Assembly: GCA_964200185.2 (NCBI GenBank)
Contig: CAXNAD020000054.1
Span: 1-34,345, forward strand
Reading direction: 5' to 3'
DNA length: 34,345 nt
Source: Choristocarpus tenellus KU-1152
Lineage: Eukaryota; Protista; Phaeophyceae
Position 1 is the first letter of the stretch, and every line of letters begins with the position of its first letter. The notes beneath the pieces are model-generated. The model worked only from the letters and a program-made list of their open reading frames with translations, had not been told where the DNA came from and searched no databases. Shown here piece by piece: positions 21,501 to 31,200 of this stretch. A program made the translations under genes and the position numbers.

Positions 21501-23836
21501 TACCAGGGCGAGAAACGGCTCTGGCGCCGACATGGCAAAGGATGCATGATATTTGAGGATGGAAGGGTAGGTAATCGTTAGTGATGAAAGCACATACATT
21601 GTTGTTGCAAGCCTTGACATATGCCAAGGACTCACAATAGAAATGCTGCAAACTCACACATTCCCATATTTACTTCTACTTTTATCTTTATAGGTGTATG
21701 AAGGTGAGTGGCGAGATGGCAAGATGTGTGGGAATGGGGTGATGGAATTTAGCCGTGGGAGTCGGTATGAGGGCGAGTGGAAGGCTGGTAAAAAGCATGG
21801 ACGTGGTAGTATGACCTACCCAGATGGAGCCAGGTGTGGTGATCCTTGCAGGGACAGTATACATACATTATCATTTTGTTCACAATTGGGTATAGTAGGT
21901 ACTCGGATGTCTGGTAATAACCATCAATCCATGATATACATGCTAACCTTAACCCGAAACTTGATGCAAATTGCATAAACACATTAAAGCAATACATAGT
22001 ATTTTCAAGTCAAGTAGTGGTTTATTTATGTACACTCGACAGACTCATTGTTGGACCTCATTGTTTTATTTGGCACCACCTTTTAAGATGAAGTATATTT
22101 GATCCAGGCCACACACTGATTCGGGAAAATCCCAATTTCTGTCTACTATGAAATCGTAGGAGGGTGAAGTGTATGGTGTTGCAGTATGTACCAGTATGTT
22201 TATTTCATATATACCGTGAACAATTTCTTGTATGTTCACACTGCTGTGCACTAACCATAAACCTTATCTTGAATGGTGCCTGCCACTGTGTTCAACCTGC
22301 ACTTGACAAATTACAGCCAGTTAAGGTCCTACCCGCCCTATTTTCCATGAGGAATCCAGATATATCACAGGGACAGTCTAAGGTTTCAGTTCTCATTTGA
22401 TAGGTTTTGGTTATCAGAACCTTACATATATATATCCATACACTGTTCTGATTAATGTTGGAAGTGATGTACAAGCACAACACATAAAATCTGTACGTTA
22501 TCACAGAGTTACTATGAATCCTTCACAAGTCAAGATCCCTCCAAAACAGAGGATTTGATCACTGAAGAGGGCAAGAAGAAGGAAAAGGAAAAACATGGCA
22601 GGAATTGAATTTGGGACATAGTGAAGAGTGTTTTTTTCTGGAGGAACCTGGGGAGCCAACACAAATTGTCTACTAGGAAGTATTAATATAGTGTTCAGGT
22701 GTATTGATTGCTTTATGAGTGTCACTCCTAAAAATGATTTTTGTGTCCCTTTGAACTGCAGACTCTACACACCTGAGACTCAACTTATTTTTCTTCTCAT
22801 CATAGCTTCGTTCGTAGTTACAATTGTTCACTGTGTTTAGTGTATTTACTCTTACAATTTGATTTTTTCATACGCTTGTGATTGACCTTGATCAGTATGT
22901 GTAACTGGGACACCTGGTGATTAATGATATTGACTGCTGTTCTTTTGCCAGGTATGATGGTATGTGGTTTGATGGGCGACGAAATGGTCGAGGCATTTAT
23001 GTGTATGCATCTGGTGCAGTCTACAATGGAGAATGGGAAAATGGAAAAATGAGCGGTGAAGGGTACTACACAAGTGCAAATGGGTCTTGCTACAAGGGTA
23101 CATTCAGGTGAGGTAGACACATAACAAACCTTAGCACTCCTAGAGTACATAGGTATAGTTAGTCCTACTGGATGGTACTGATGTTAATTTTTAAGTTATG
23201 TTTAATGGTGTTATGCGACTCAATTTCCCACCTCCTTCAGAATAGACATGCACGTGTAGGAACCAACAAATTTTTAGAATTTGCTGAAATATATGGTGAT
23301 TTATATGATTAATATGGAAGTCCAAAAGAATATACAGAAATTATACTGGCTAATGGAATGGATATGATATTTGATATTGACTATCAAGTTGCTGATCAAA
23401 TTATTAAGATGTCTAATAGTAAGATGCTTATTATATTTATTAAGCCTCCAAGCATCACGATGCTTCGAAAGAGAGGACCTTGTCTCCAGATTTACTGTGT
23501 CAACATCACCGTTCCTATTCAAGCTGCCAGGCACTTTCTCAGCAGCACCTGCTGCTTTCTGGTCTGTTAAACACACACTGCTCTATATATACTATGTTTG
23601 ACAGGCATGGAAAACGATGTGGGGAGGGAAGAATGCAGTATGGAGATGGACGCTCATATACTGGGGAATGGGAGTGGGGTGTCCGAAATGGTCACGGAGT
23701 GTACATTCAACTAGATGGTGCCAAGTTTGAGGGCCAGTTTTTGAAAGATAGGAAGCATGGTTTGGGAACATTGGAGTTTAATGGTGTTGTTGTGAAGCAG
23801 AAGTGGGAGTATGGCATTCTTTTGACAGAGCCATAG
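533..23836 (+). CDS. Multi-exon gene (about 32 exons, about 1735 aa): DENND4-like MABP-uDENN-cDENN-dDENN Rab GEF fused to a HET/TIR-like domain and C-terminal MORN repeats
   Basis: Manual splicing gives a phase-consistent, stop-free 5208-nt CDS from the exons listed below, ending at TAG 23834-23836. All acceptors are AG; donors are GT except one GC (20140) and one possible GA (2815). Domain motifs run continuously across junctions. Confidence 0.85.
784..882 (+). CDS. exon 2 (start of MABP domain)
   Basis: pyrimidine tract + CAG acceptor; ...IWEDAITDIVVI; donor AG|GTGAAA. Confidence 0.85.
1556..1821. mobile_element. MITE-like non-autonomous DNA transposon in intron 2
   Basis: About 26-bp imperfect inverted repeats: GAGTCAAAGTATCTTAGAGGGTAGAG (1559-1584) and CTCGTACCCTCTAAGATACTTTCACTC (1790-1816), enclosing about 205 bp of AT-rich non-coding DNA; TA precedes the left end; right TSD not clear. 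Confidence 0.65.
2158..2310 (+). CDS. exon 3 (MABP repeat 1)
   Basis: PGKGEACPDGYELIERTPGNHKADLNHG...VVHLAIRR; donor AG|GTGAGA. Confidence 0.9.
2697..2814 (+). CDS. exon 4 (MABP repeat 2); 3' end uncertain (2814 with GA donor, or 2850 with GT donor)
   Basis: NDYIADIQVVYPNLESPPEGNGWELIRESVSGKKAKLNQ. Confidence 0.75.
2967..3104 (+). CDS. exon 5 (MABP repeat 3)
   Basis: GGEDVMLAVRR...VCSLCVLLRNKGEEPPPGYRVIEK; donor AG|GTGTTG. Confidence 0.88.
3468..3641 (+). CDS. exon 6 (end of MABP, start of uDENN)
   Basis: DLNKGKFGDTVHLAYQ...PYRSTILDRYPEEDSSIFPFPGDQLPMFVYPK; donor AG|GTAAGG. Confidence 0.92.
3892..4031 (+). CDS. exon 7 (uDENN)
   Basis: PSFFSFVFTNVDGRRTYTACLTFYE, the classic uDENN motif; donor AG|GTAGGC. 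Confidence 0.93.
4206..4302 (+). CDS. exon 8 (linker)
   Basis: RLKRKVMDRPSDSSTSTSTAGG...GGE; bridges phase 2 to phase 0 as required. Confidence 0.8.
4421..5270 (+). CDS. exon 9 (low-complexity insert + start of cDENN)
   Basis: Longest ORF in the window; ends FAPKTICVISRFPIYGVLRRFLRHLY...PLERYISYFVACIPMPFP; donor AG|GTGTGT. Confidence 0.93.
5517..5704 (+). CDS. exon 10 (cDENN)
   Basis: LPLMDIDFSAPFRCLSVHSVLTVFALMLQ; donor AG|GTAACC. Confidence 0.92.
5840..5896 (+). CDS. exon 11 (cDENN)
   Basis: EAKIIFLSSRAELLTQVME; donor AG|GTACGC. Confidence 0.92.
6497..6539. repeat. 20-bp tandem duplication
   Basis: TGAAAGGATCAGTC(C/T)AGTTT x2. Confidence 0.9.
6957..7141 (+). CDS. exon 12 (cDENN)
   Basis: ALRSLLFPMEWQSVYVPQLP...LECPGGFMIG, the cDENN hallmark; donor GG|GTAATG. 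Confidence 0.92.
7614..7647 (+). CDS. exon 13 (34 nt, end of cDENN)
   Basis: VANAVNLDTGE (DENN VxLD motif); donor AG|GTGAGA. Confidence 0.8.
7875..7921. repeat. 21-bp perfect tandem duplication
   Basis: TGTCCTCTAGTCTGTGATGAT x2 + TGTCC. Confidence 0.9.
8103..8305 (+). CDS. exon 14 (acceptor may be 8090 or 8102)
   Basis: PWLPHPLHADLESRLTREL...FEFAPSPD; donor AT|GTGAGG. Confidence 0.75.
8465..8590 (+). CDS. exon 15
   Basis: TDEFGDDYKLRHRMPF...QNMRE; symmetric phase 2-2 exon, open frame. Confidence 0.7.
9039..9194 (+). CDS. exon 16 (dDENN start; alternative in-frame acceptor at 9050)
   Basis: VVRDCFICCMAELLGGIGNFV resembles the dDENN helix (consensus like IREAFLRFMASIL). Confidence 0.85.
9475..9717 (+). 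CDS. exon 17 (dDENN)
   Basis: ELFNMGDFL...PFVQRLTSTQMF...LVFFEECV; donor GG|GTAAGT. Confidence 0.92.
10312..10347. repeat. 13-bp tandem repeat
   Basis: AGATTTTAGTTAC x2 plus a partial third copy. Confidence 0.85.
13776..14106 (+). CDS. exon 18 (linker)
   Basis: Open frame NQDDYIHLVDEVRLKRPDLY...GRRMGLE; long pyrimidine tract, AAG acceptor, donor AG|GTAAGG. Confidence 0.78.
14336..14415 (+). CDS. exon 19 (post-dDENN segment)
   Basis: LMDSGAAPILIPGPTKQGLPKDLSCY; donor AG|GTAAGA. Confidence 0.82.
14514..14636 (+). CDS. exon 20 (post-dDENN segment; TAGCAG tandem acceptor)
   Basis: YDDRWPTPLRHELLDTPP..., resembling the YxYxxFPxLxxxL motif that follows dDENN in DENND4 proteins. Confidence 0.82.
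15022..15219 (+). CDS. exon 21 (start of HET/TIR-like domain)
   Basis: PMVVLPYPIFKAVGMILRSNE...LVIFISH(R); donor AG|GTGGGG. Confidence 0.88.
15566..15769 (+). CDS. exon 22 (HET/TIR-like core)
   Basis: WLQPCSQPPHPDRDGEKHGLICSGVEKLL...YLWVDFSCIDQDDAKKRKRGIRSMPSYIE(R); frame differs from the ORF-track entry; donor AG|GTAAGA. Confidence 0.9.
15857..15891. repeat. 14-bp tandem repeat
   Basis: ATGTTTAGTATATC x2.5. Confidence 0.85.
16061..16207 (+). CDS. exon 23 (HET/TIR-like)
   Basis: CDALLIPYTATEGQTPGS...PTPDED; donor AG|GTAATC. Confidence 0.85.
17942..17987. repeat. 23-bp imperfect tandem duplication
   Basis: CACTTGTTGGTACC(G/A)TT(A/G)ACAT(C/G) x2. Confidence 0.85.
18599..18764 (+). CDS. exon 24 (putative; insert within HET domain)
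   Basis: INVDPTSRHGLGELEF...VASWDNRWPA; phase 2 to 0, in frame only together with exon 25; weak donor (18764 or 18767). Confidence 0.6.
19307..19326 (+). CDS. exon 25 (putative 20-nt microexon)
   Basis: tcctag|GCGATACGTCCATGGGACAG|gtagtc = AIRPWD(R); phase 0 to 2. Confidence 0.55.
19571..19643 (+). CDS. exon 26 (HET/TIR catalytic-type motif)
   Basis: YPSLAQYSSRAWCRAELYMGSNVP; donor CG|GTAAGC. Confidence 0.9.
19818..19867 (+). CDS. exon 27
   Basis: VPPNGFYYFDRVGMVY; donor AG|GTTAGT. Confidence 0.82.
20010..20139 (+). CDS. exon 28 (GC donor)
   Basis: GGDRPFFVYGPEQHEGGGPPAVLPRLDKAWFKKVNPVEAFLTQ; donor CAG|GCAAGC. Confidence 0.82.
21426..21566 (+). CDS. exon 29 (end of HET-associated region, first MORN repeat)
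   Basis: ESDRREIFALLE...GYQGEKRLWRRHGKGCMIFEDGR; donor GG|GTAGGT. Confidence 0.9.
21694..21833 (+). CDS. exon 30 (MORN repeats)
   Basis: VYEGEWRDGKMCGNGVMEFSRGSRYEGEWKAGKKHGRGSMTYPDGA. Confidence 0.93.
22952..23107 (+). CDS. exon 31 (MORN repeats)
   Basis: YDGMWFDGRRNGRGIYVYASGAVYNGEWENGKMSGEGYYTSANGSCYKGTF. Confidence 0.93.
23605..23836 (+). CDS. exon 32, terminal (MORN repeats)
   Basis: HGKRCGEGRMQYGDGRSYTGEWEWGVRNGHG...FEGQFLKDRKHGLG...LLTEP*. Confidence 0.93.
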
Positions 23837-26249
23837 TACCACTAGATTGTGAAAACAATATGTACGTTTAGCCTCCCCAATTTACCACTGTGCAAATTAT
23901 TACTAGTATTTGTAGGTTTATATAATTTTGGAATTGTTACGGGTATGTCCACCTTCCCAATGATTGAGCTGTTTGAAAGCGATCACACACTTCAGAAGAC
24001 TGCCGCGCCCATTTATTGCCCATTTACTGGCGCAGATTTTGCAGTTGTACATCCATTCTCTTTGGCATTCATTATTAGCTTCATAAACAAAGTGCATACG
24101 TTGGGAGATTGTTGGTGTCGAGGATGTCAAGTTTTTTGAGAATATGCTTGATTTGATCTCCAAATTAATTTGTTAGAAAAGTATTGAGCAAAATACATTT
24201 GTAGAAGAATAGATGCACACGGTATCATAGTTGATCAATACATGTAATATACAATCTCAGGGCTGAAGAGTGGTGTATCCAACACAAACTAGACAGATGT
24301 TAAATCAACGACCAAGATATTCCCCCACATTGGGTGCAATCCATAAACCATCATGACCACACAAGCTTGAAGGTTCTTGTCCACTGGAGCAAAATATTGC
24401 AACAATTTTGGGATGGGTGTGAATGAATGAATGGATGAGTTGGTTAGCAGGACAAAAGAAAGTGGCAACATAATGATCCAGGAATCTCAAGGCAAGGTGA
24501 GGATTCTGTATGTGTGACATGATTGGCATGATTTGGCAGGGGAGGATGAGAGAGTCATTGTTGATGGAGTCAGAGTCAGTTGTTACGGTATGTATGAATG
24601 GTAGCTTATGGTGCATATGCATACCCTTTGTTCATTGGTCAATTACATCATTCCGGGATAGTAAAGGAGCTACAAAATATTACTGCTGGAAAAAATGAGC
24701 GAAACATGGACACCTATTCAACAAGCATTTGTGTGGAAATGTGTAGGGTGTCGTGAGTAGACACACGGGAAAGCTGTTACCAATTCAGTCTGAGAGGTGG
24801 TACTCATGACAACAGCACATAATCCTTGATCTGTAGGTGGAGTGCCAGTCAGAACCCCCTGCAAGATGCACATATCAAAAGAGCGCAAGATATGTGCATG
24901 ATGTGTATTATATGTGTATTATATGTGAGACTGAGTGTTCTTGTCTGCAACGTGAGCAGACAAGGTGTAACTTGGCAATCAGACACATAATGCCGAGAAC
25001 TGAAAGACTGGAAGATTTAACCAGCAAAGGCAACCCAATCTAAGCCTGTCTAATTTGTGCAAAGTAGTAAATTATTATCAGCCCTAGTCCTCTCCCCACC
25101 TAAAGAATGAATTGTTTAGTCTTTTGCATGTAAGTTTCTTCCTATTGGTTGTTTACATTAGTACATTGGAACCTCCCCTTATTGGACGCTGTAGTACACT
25201 TTGCATAACAAAAAAAATCAGATGTAACAATTGCAGAGTATTGCAGAAAACACACACAAATACGAGACAGCCAGGATGGAGCGAACTTGCAACGCATGAC
25301 CAATGGGGCGTAACTATAGTAGAGCATACACATATATTGTTGTGGCAAATATTTCAACTTAGCTGGATGTCATCCCTCTGCTCTAGTATAGTTCACAGTG
25401 TAGTGAAAGTCCTGCACACTCAGTAGATAATTGAAAGGGTATGAACTGTAATACACTGCTTTTTAACAGTTGATATTCCAAAATCAAATTCTTGTGGAAG
25501 GTGTCCACATTTCATAGCGCTTTTCCCTGCACTGAAAATTCCCTATGAAATTACCAAAATGCCAAATTTCTAACCTGTGGGTAGTTTTGAACCCTTTGGT
25601 AGTTTCCAGGTGGAGGAAAGGATATCGTTGAGGGTTGGCAGTTATGCACATGATCAGGTTGGTGACCACCAGACTGAATTTACACCCATATTATGGGTAG
25701 TTTGCCTGAAATTACTGGTGAGGCTCTGGACATGAGGAAAACTGCAAGGTTGTAAACCTGGCAGGCCTAGGGGAACTGGTGATGGGGTGTCACTTATTTT
25801 ACATATTCTGAAGACCCATCTCTACCCCTTCACAGGTTAAAAGTTTTTGATCTCATTGTTCAACCCAGTAAGTGACATTTCCCAAGTTGACCCTGTACAA
25901 ACATAATCTATCGACCGGAACCTATGGGCATTTGTCATCTATTTTGTTGAACAAAATATCTACTAGAGTAATAGACATCTTTCCATGAAAGGTGTTGGTT
26001 AAAAACGAAAAGTTAAAAGTTAGGCGATAGACAGATAGACAAATGTGACATTTTTAGAGTGAAAACAGACTCAACTAAGAAGCACTGGTTCTTGCACCTC
26101 AAAAAGATTTTTGTAGATTAAATAAAAAGTTGGGGCACGAATTCATGTCTGATGAGCGGCCTAGATGCTTTAATTTGAAGACCTTCATCATCCTAAAATT
26201 ACAGATCAGAACCTATCGGAGTCCTTAAAAGGACTACAATGGAAAGATA

Positions 26250-27660
26250 ACTTGTTGATGTGTTGGCAATTCAACATACTCGTGACCAAGGTGGTTTAAG
26301 TATGAGGGAGGAGAGCTTGAGATCATGGGCACTTGTTAATGAGCATAATGTCAGCACTGTGAATTGGGGCTGATATTTTAAGTTTCCTCAGCAGATGATA
26401 ATGATGAAGGTGTCATTTGTCAGAAAGAACGGATATGTTGCCACTGCGTCCAGCTCTGTTTGAAGAACCTCCACCAGTGTCACAAGGAGTCAGCATCAGA
26501 TGGTGAATTCCAACTTAAGTTCCAACCGTAGAATATGACTGAGGGGCATTTTGAGAAGGCCTTGAGGAAGCTCCATCCCAAAGTTCCAGGATGGGACCCG
26601 AAATGGAGGTGAAGGTAATGTTTGATAATTTTAAGGTGATTGATCATGTACTACATCAAGGAGATGCTTAATGGTGAAAATACACCCTGGTCTGTTTCTT
26701 TTGGTTGGTGATCGCCATTGGTGTTCACTTTGGGTGCTGGAACCTGGACGCTGGACTGGATGTACGATGCGCTCTATACGCACTAAATCACAAATGCCCA
26801 AAACCATAAAAACCTTACACCTCTATTGCTGGTGATTTTCGGATTTGAAGTAGACTCAACACAACAGAACAGGATCCCCAACACAGCACAGTAGTCCAAC
26901 AACAAGACCCTCTGCCCTACTCAACCTCCACACGCTCTCGTTTTTGTTCATCTGGTACACCATGGCTAAGACTGGCGGGCATCGTAAGTTCATCAAGAGC
27001 ACCACCTCCCCCTGATACTAAGATCCGTCCATGTCAACAACCTTGAAATAAAGAACCTGTGAGAGATTCCCGAAGCAGTTTTGCTCTCTCCCATATTTCA
27101 CTGTGTGGGCTGCACATGGCGCACCAGTTGTCACACCGCTATACTTGCGATGTTGGCCCTCGACATTGTCCATGAGTGGGAAGGAGCCTTGGCAGAACAA
27201 GATCAAATCCACACAAGGCAGTGAGTGGACAAACAGGTGTATCACAAATTGTTGGGCGATCAGGGATACAGCCTCTTTAATTCCAATGAGACCCTAGATA
27301 AGCCACCAGAAATAGTACTGAGTAACAGAAGCAATTTCCATAGCGAAGAAGGCTGTGATATTCTCTGGAAAAGACTTTCCTTGCGCAGATGCAGTACTCA
27401 CCTCCAAATAAGTTAATTTTGAATCCCCAGGTTTTGTAAGAAGTGCTAGCGAGGTATTCCTCATCCATACCTAGGATTGGGCACTTTATGAAGACTTTCC
27501 TGCGTCCTTACCCACCTCTTCGAAATATGCCATGATATGTTAGGACGTGAGACCCAGTTCAGTGAAGTGAGAAAGTGTACAAGACTGCCTTTTTGATCCA
27601 CAATAATGAGGGATTTATGTTTATGAAGCAGATGCCTGTTTAGGCCTTTTGGATGCTTAG
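26250..27660. mobile_element. Possible highly decayed DIRS-like retroelement fragments
   Basis: Weak, stop-riddled similarities to DIRS RT/RNase H motifs: plus-strand FGFEVDST (about 26840) and HVNNLE (about 27030); minus-strand KGSLVHFLTSLN (about 27580) and INKCP*SQALL (about 26330). Confidence 0.25.
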
Positions 27661-28162
27661 TGAACAATTCCTTACCCAGTTTCCATGGACTTGTCGGAAT
27701 GTTTCAAGAAAAGGTTTGTGCTCCCCAAGTGTCTCATGCTATATACAGCATCATATATTCTATGTTCCACCCTCAGAAACCTATCCTTACTCAATGTAAA
27801 TAGTTCCGTGGTCGGTTGCATGGATCTTCAACCCTCCATGTTTACTCAGGTCGCAAGAGATGGCAAGGGATTAAACTGCAAAGGGCTAAGCTTGAGATGG
27901 GATGATTGGGGATTAGTTTACGAAGAGGGGGGCTGATGTTTACCTCCTCCAACTTTCCAACCTAAGTGTAAGGTTGACCAACGTCCAGTTAGAGATGGAT
28001 AGTCAATATCTGATATATGGCGATGTTACATACCCTGAGATGTCACACACATCCCATGGTCGTAAGGGTACCAGAAGGAGAAAATCCCTTGTCATCAGTT
28101 CAGATCTGTTTAATTGGAGATTCGAAAAGATTTACCATTTGTGGGCAATTGTGGATATTAAG

Positions 28163-28255
28163 AATATAGATACAAATACTATTATTATTTCAATGTAGAT
28201 ACAAATACTATTATTATTTCAATATAGATACAAATACTATTATTATTTCAATATA
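28163..28255. repeat. 29-bp minisatellite, 3.2 copies
   Basis: AAT(A/G)TAGATACAAATACTATTATTATTTC x3 + AATATA. Confidence 0.92.
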
Positions 28256-31200
28256 TACGTTGTAAGGTGACGGTCAACTCATTTCAAGGATGAGTAAAAT
28301 GATACATACGCATGCCCAGGAGTGTAGGGCAATGAAAAAGTTGATCATGCATACTAAGCGTCATCTGATATTCAAGCCCGCTCACGTCTCTTCCATCGCA
28401 TTTCTAGATGGCGTTCAATGCACTATAGCACAGGTTTGGATACAGTACGGCAACTGTGTAGTTGGAGTAGATTTATTGTAAGCAATACAGACTCCGTTGG
28501 TATGTTCATTTCTGTTCTCCTTTACTCTTCTTTCTCCCTCATGACTGCATCTGCAAAATGATCTAGACAATTTTATGTCTTAAATCTCTCAAATATTCAA
28601 ATTTGGCTGCAAATGTAAGAAACATGACTAAAACCACTCCTTGTTTGCAGGGGTAGTTCTAATGTCAAAACATTTTCGTCATCACTCTCCTTCTGTGATG
28701 AAGGGTGTGAGGAATATGTCGTGTTGCACGCTATATTATATTACATGGTGTAATTGCCCATTCCAGAATGACTTGGACTATCTTCCACAGGTCAAATAGG
28801 CAAACTTTTCCACAGCAACATCAGAAATGATAGCGATAGTTGGTGTATTGTTATTTATTTACAAGATTCGTGCTCTCTACCCTTCATACCACTAGCTTAA
28901 CTTTTTGCCAGTGAGTATAGTCAAATATTGGCTCACGGTCATCTGCACCAAAAAGGATCATTCAGCCTGCAAGGACTGTCACTGGTAGGGCTTGCAGCAC
29001 CTCTAGTCAAAGATTTTTTGGGAGTGAACACTCATCGTGTTGATGAATGTCCTAGCTTTTTATTATCTATTAACCGGCTTTATTTTCCACGTATGTCGAC
29101 CAGCATGATACGTACTCCTACCATACGGCGTTCACAGCACGATCTGTCCACAGGTTTGAAAATAATTTTATGAGGTTTTTCTGATGAAGAATTGATAGTA
29201 GGAATCTGACCTGGTCATACAAACATGGCCACAACAGGTTATGTGGTTGAGTTCTTGGTACATGGTTGGAGACCCCAATTTGACATCCTTGTGCTTAGGA
29301 CCAACCACCTCCGTTTCCACATATTACTGTTACCAGCTTTGCATGTGTCACACCCTCATACACCATTATCTATTTGCATGTTTGAATGCATTCAAGGAGG
29401 GTTCTAGATGTCTTTGTATTGGTGCTGAACAACTCATAGCAAGTTGGTTATGACGAGCAACTGCGGTTCTCTTTGCTGTATGGACTTATGCTTGCTCAAT
29501 TGTGTTTCTATGTATGACCAAAAAGGTCTCTTTTACTCGCGCCTCTAACCCTAACCCTAAGTTTGCCCTTTAATTGTTCCAACATAAACTCTTAATTTCA
29601 CCATAAACATGAATAATCAATCACATGAGTTATCATGATGTAAGCTTTATCATGTCCTGACTGGTAACTTGGGCTGGAGGCTCCAGCCTAACCTACCCAA
29701 ATTATGCATTTAAATGATCAATTACCCTTTGAAGAAGGCAAATCTAGGTCAGGTGGGACTTGATCCTATGGATGAGGGGTGGGACTCAAGTCTGTCTATT
29801 TCAGCAAAAAAAAGATATGGAATCTTGCACTTGAAGGAGTTAAGGTTAATAGTACAGGGATGAGAAGGTCAATTAACTTGTTGATTACCCATCACACCAG
29901 TAGAATTTAGTCTTGGTTGTATTCACCAGCCTTACGTCACCTTCAGATGAGTTCCAGTTCAAACCCATATGATGATACACTCATCCTCATTCATTTTGAA
30001 CCTTTTTTCCCATTCTTTTTTCCCATCCTTGTGTATAGGTTCCAATCAGGTATGATCACCAGTCTAGTGAGAAGATAAGGACTGAATTCTTCCCACCAAT
30101 AATACTACCAGGTTTGAGTATGGAGCATAATGAAACCAACAGTTAATACCAACATAGGAATAGAAAGAAGGGTGATCCCAAAAAGGACAAAAGAGTTCAT
30201 CTTCACTAAAACAGACAATATTGTGGTCCTGACTGATTTAAGGCATTCCAATGACTGAGGGACGGAGCTTATTGATGATGAGAATGTAGATACTGCAACC
30301 ACAGTCGGTGTACCACTGTAAGGACTCTCCCCTGCATAAGCTTCCTGATTATCATAGTAGAGGTTCATTAATTGAGAGTTAAACTGTTTCAGATTATATA
30401 TATATAAGATCCAGAAAAAAATTAAATCAACGCCATCTGGGTCTACACCCCAATTTAATAAGTGCAAACTCCTCAAGAAAAATATCACCTACTATAAAAA
30501 ATTGAAATGAATCAAACATACCTACACTCAATTCAAAAGACCAGACTGAAAAAAGGCAATGGAAAAGAAGGTTTCACTCAGCTCAAATACCAACAATCTT
30601 AAAAACTAAATTGAATAATAGCCCAGCGTACTTTGGTGTACGACAACTGAATCCTCAATCAAGTAAATAGGACCAAGAACAGTAAGCTCTCCATCAGTCT
30701 CTCCTCTCTTCGCTAATGTATCAAAGTGTAGAGTATGAACTAGAACACCATTCAATGAAGGACAGAGACTAACCCTCCCAATCCGACTATATGGAATAGT
30801 GGTCAAGGTCACTCAACGAACACATAGACTATGTTGTGACTTGCGTTGTATTGCACTGGTTGGTGGGAAGGGAGGGACTCTACGTTTTAGACATCATTGA
30901 CAGCCCAACTGCGCCATTGATCACGACTACAACTGTGCAATTAACATTTTACGACAAACACAAGAAGCTGTAGAAAGCCATTCTAATTGGGTGGGTGACA
31001 CGACAAGAGGACCAGTGCGATCAATTGTTGCAAGGTTGGAGAGAAGGGGTGATGTCAACAGGAGGGCAGTCTAGATGGAATTGGAACATGTAAAATATAA
31101 TATTTCGCTGCATGTTCCTAGAAAAACAATCACGGGAAAAAATATGTACATAGCAAGGGGAGAGCTCACATTTTGTGGCTAAAGCTGGCCACATTTGAGG

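Noticed and set aside
28163-28255. 29-bp repeats of CRISPR-like length
   Set aside because: Copies are head-to-tail with no spacers, no cas genes are present, and the locus is eukaryotic; it is a minisatellite.
29545-29560. Telomere-like CTAACCCTAACCCTAA
   Set aside because: Under three units; too short to call an interstitial telomeric array.
29760-30490. ORF 30105-30488 (minus) and a possible LINE endonuclease remnant
   Set aside because: No convincing motifs; likely a chance ORF in decayed repeat DNA.
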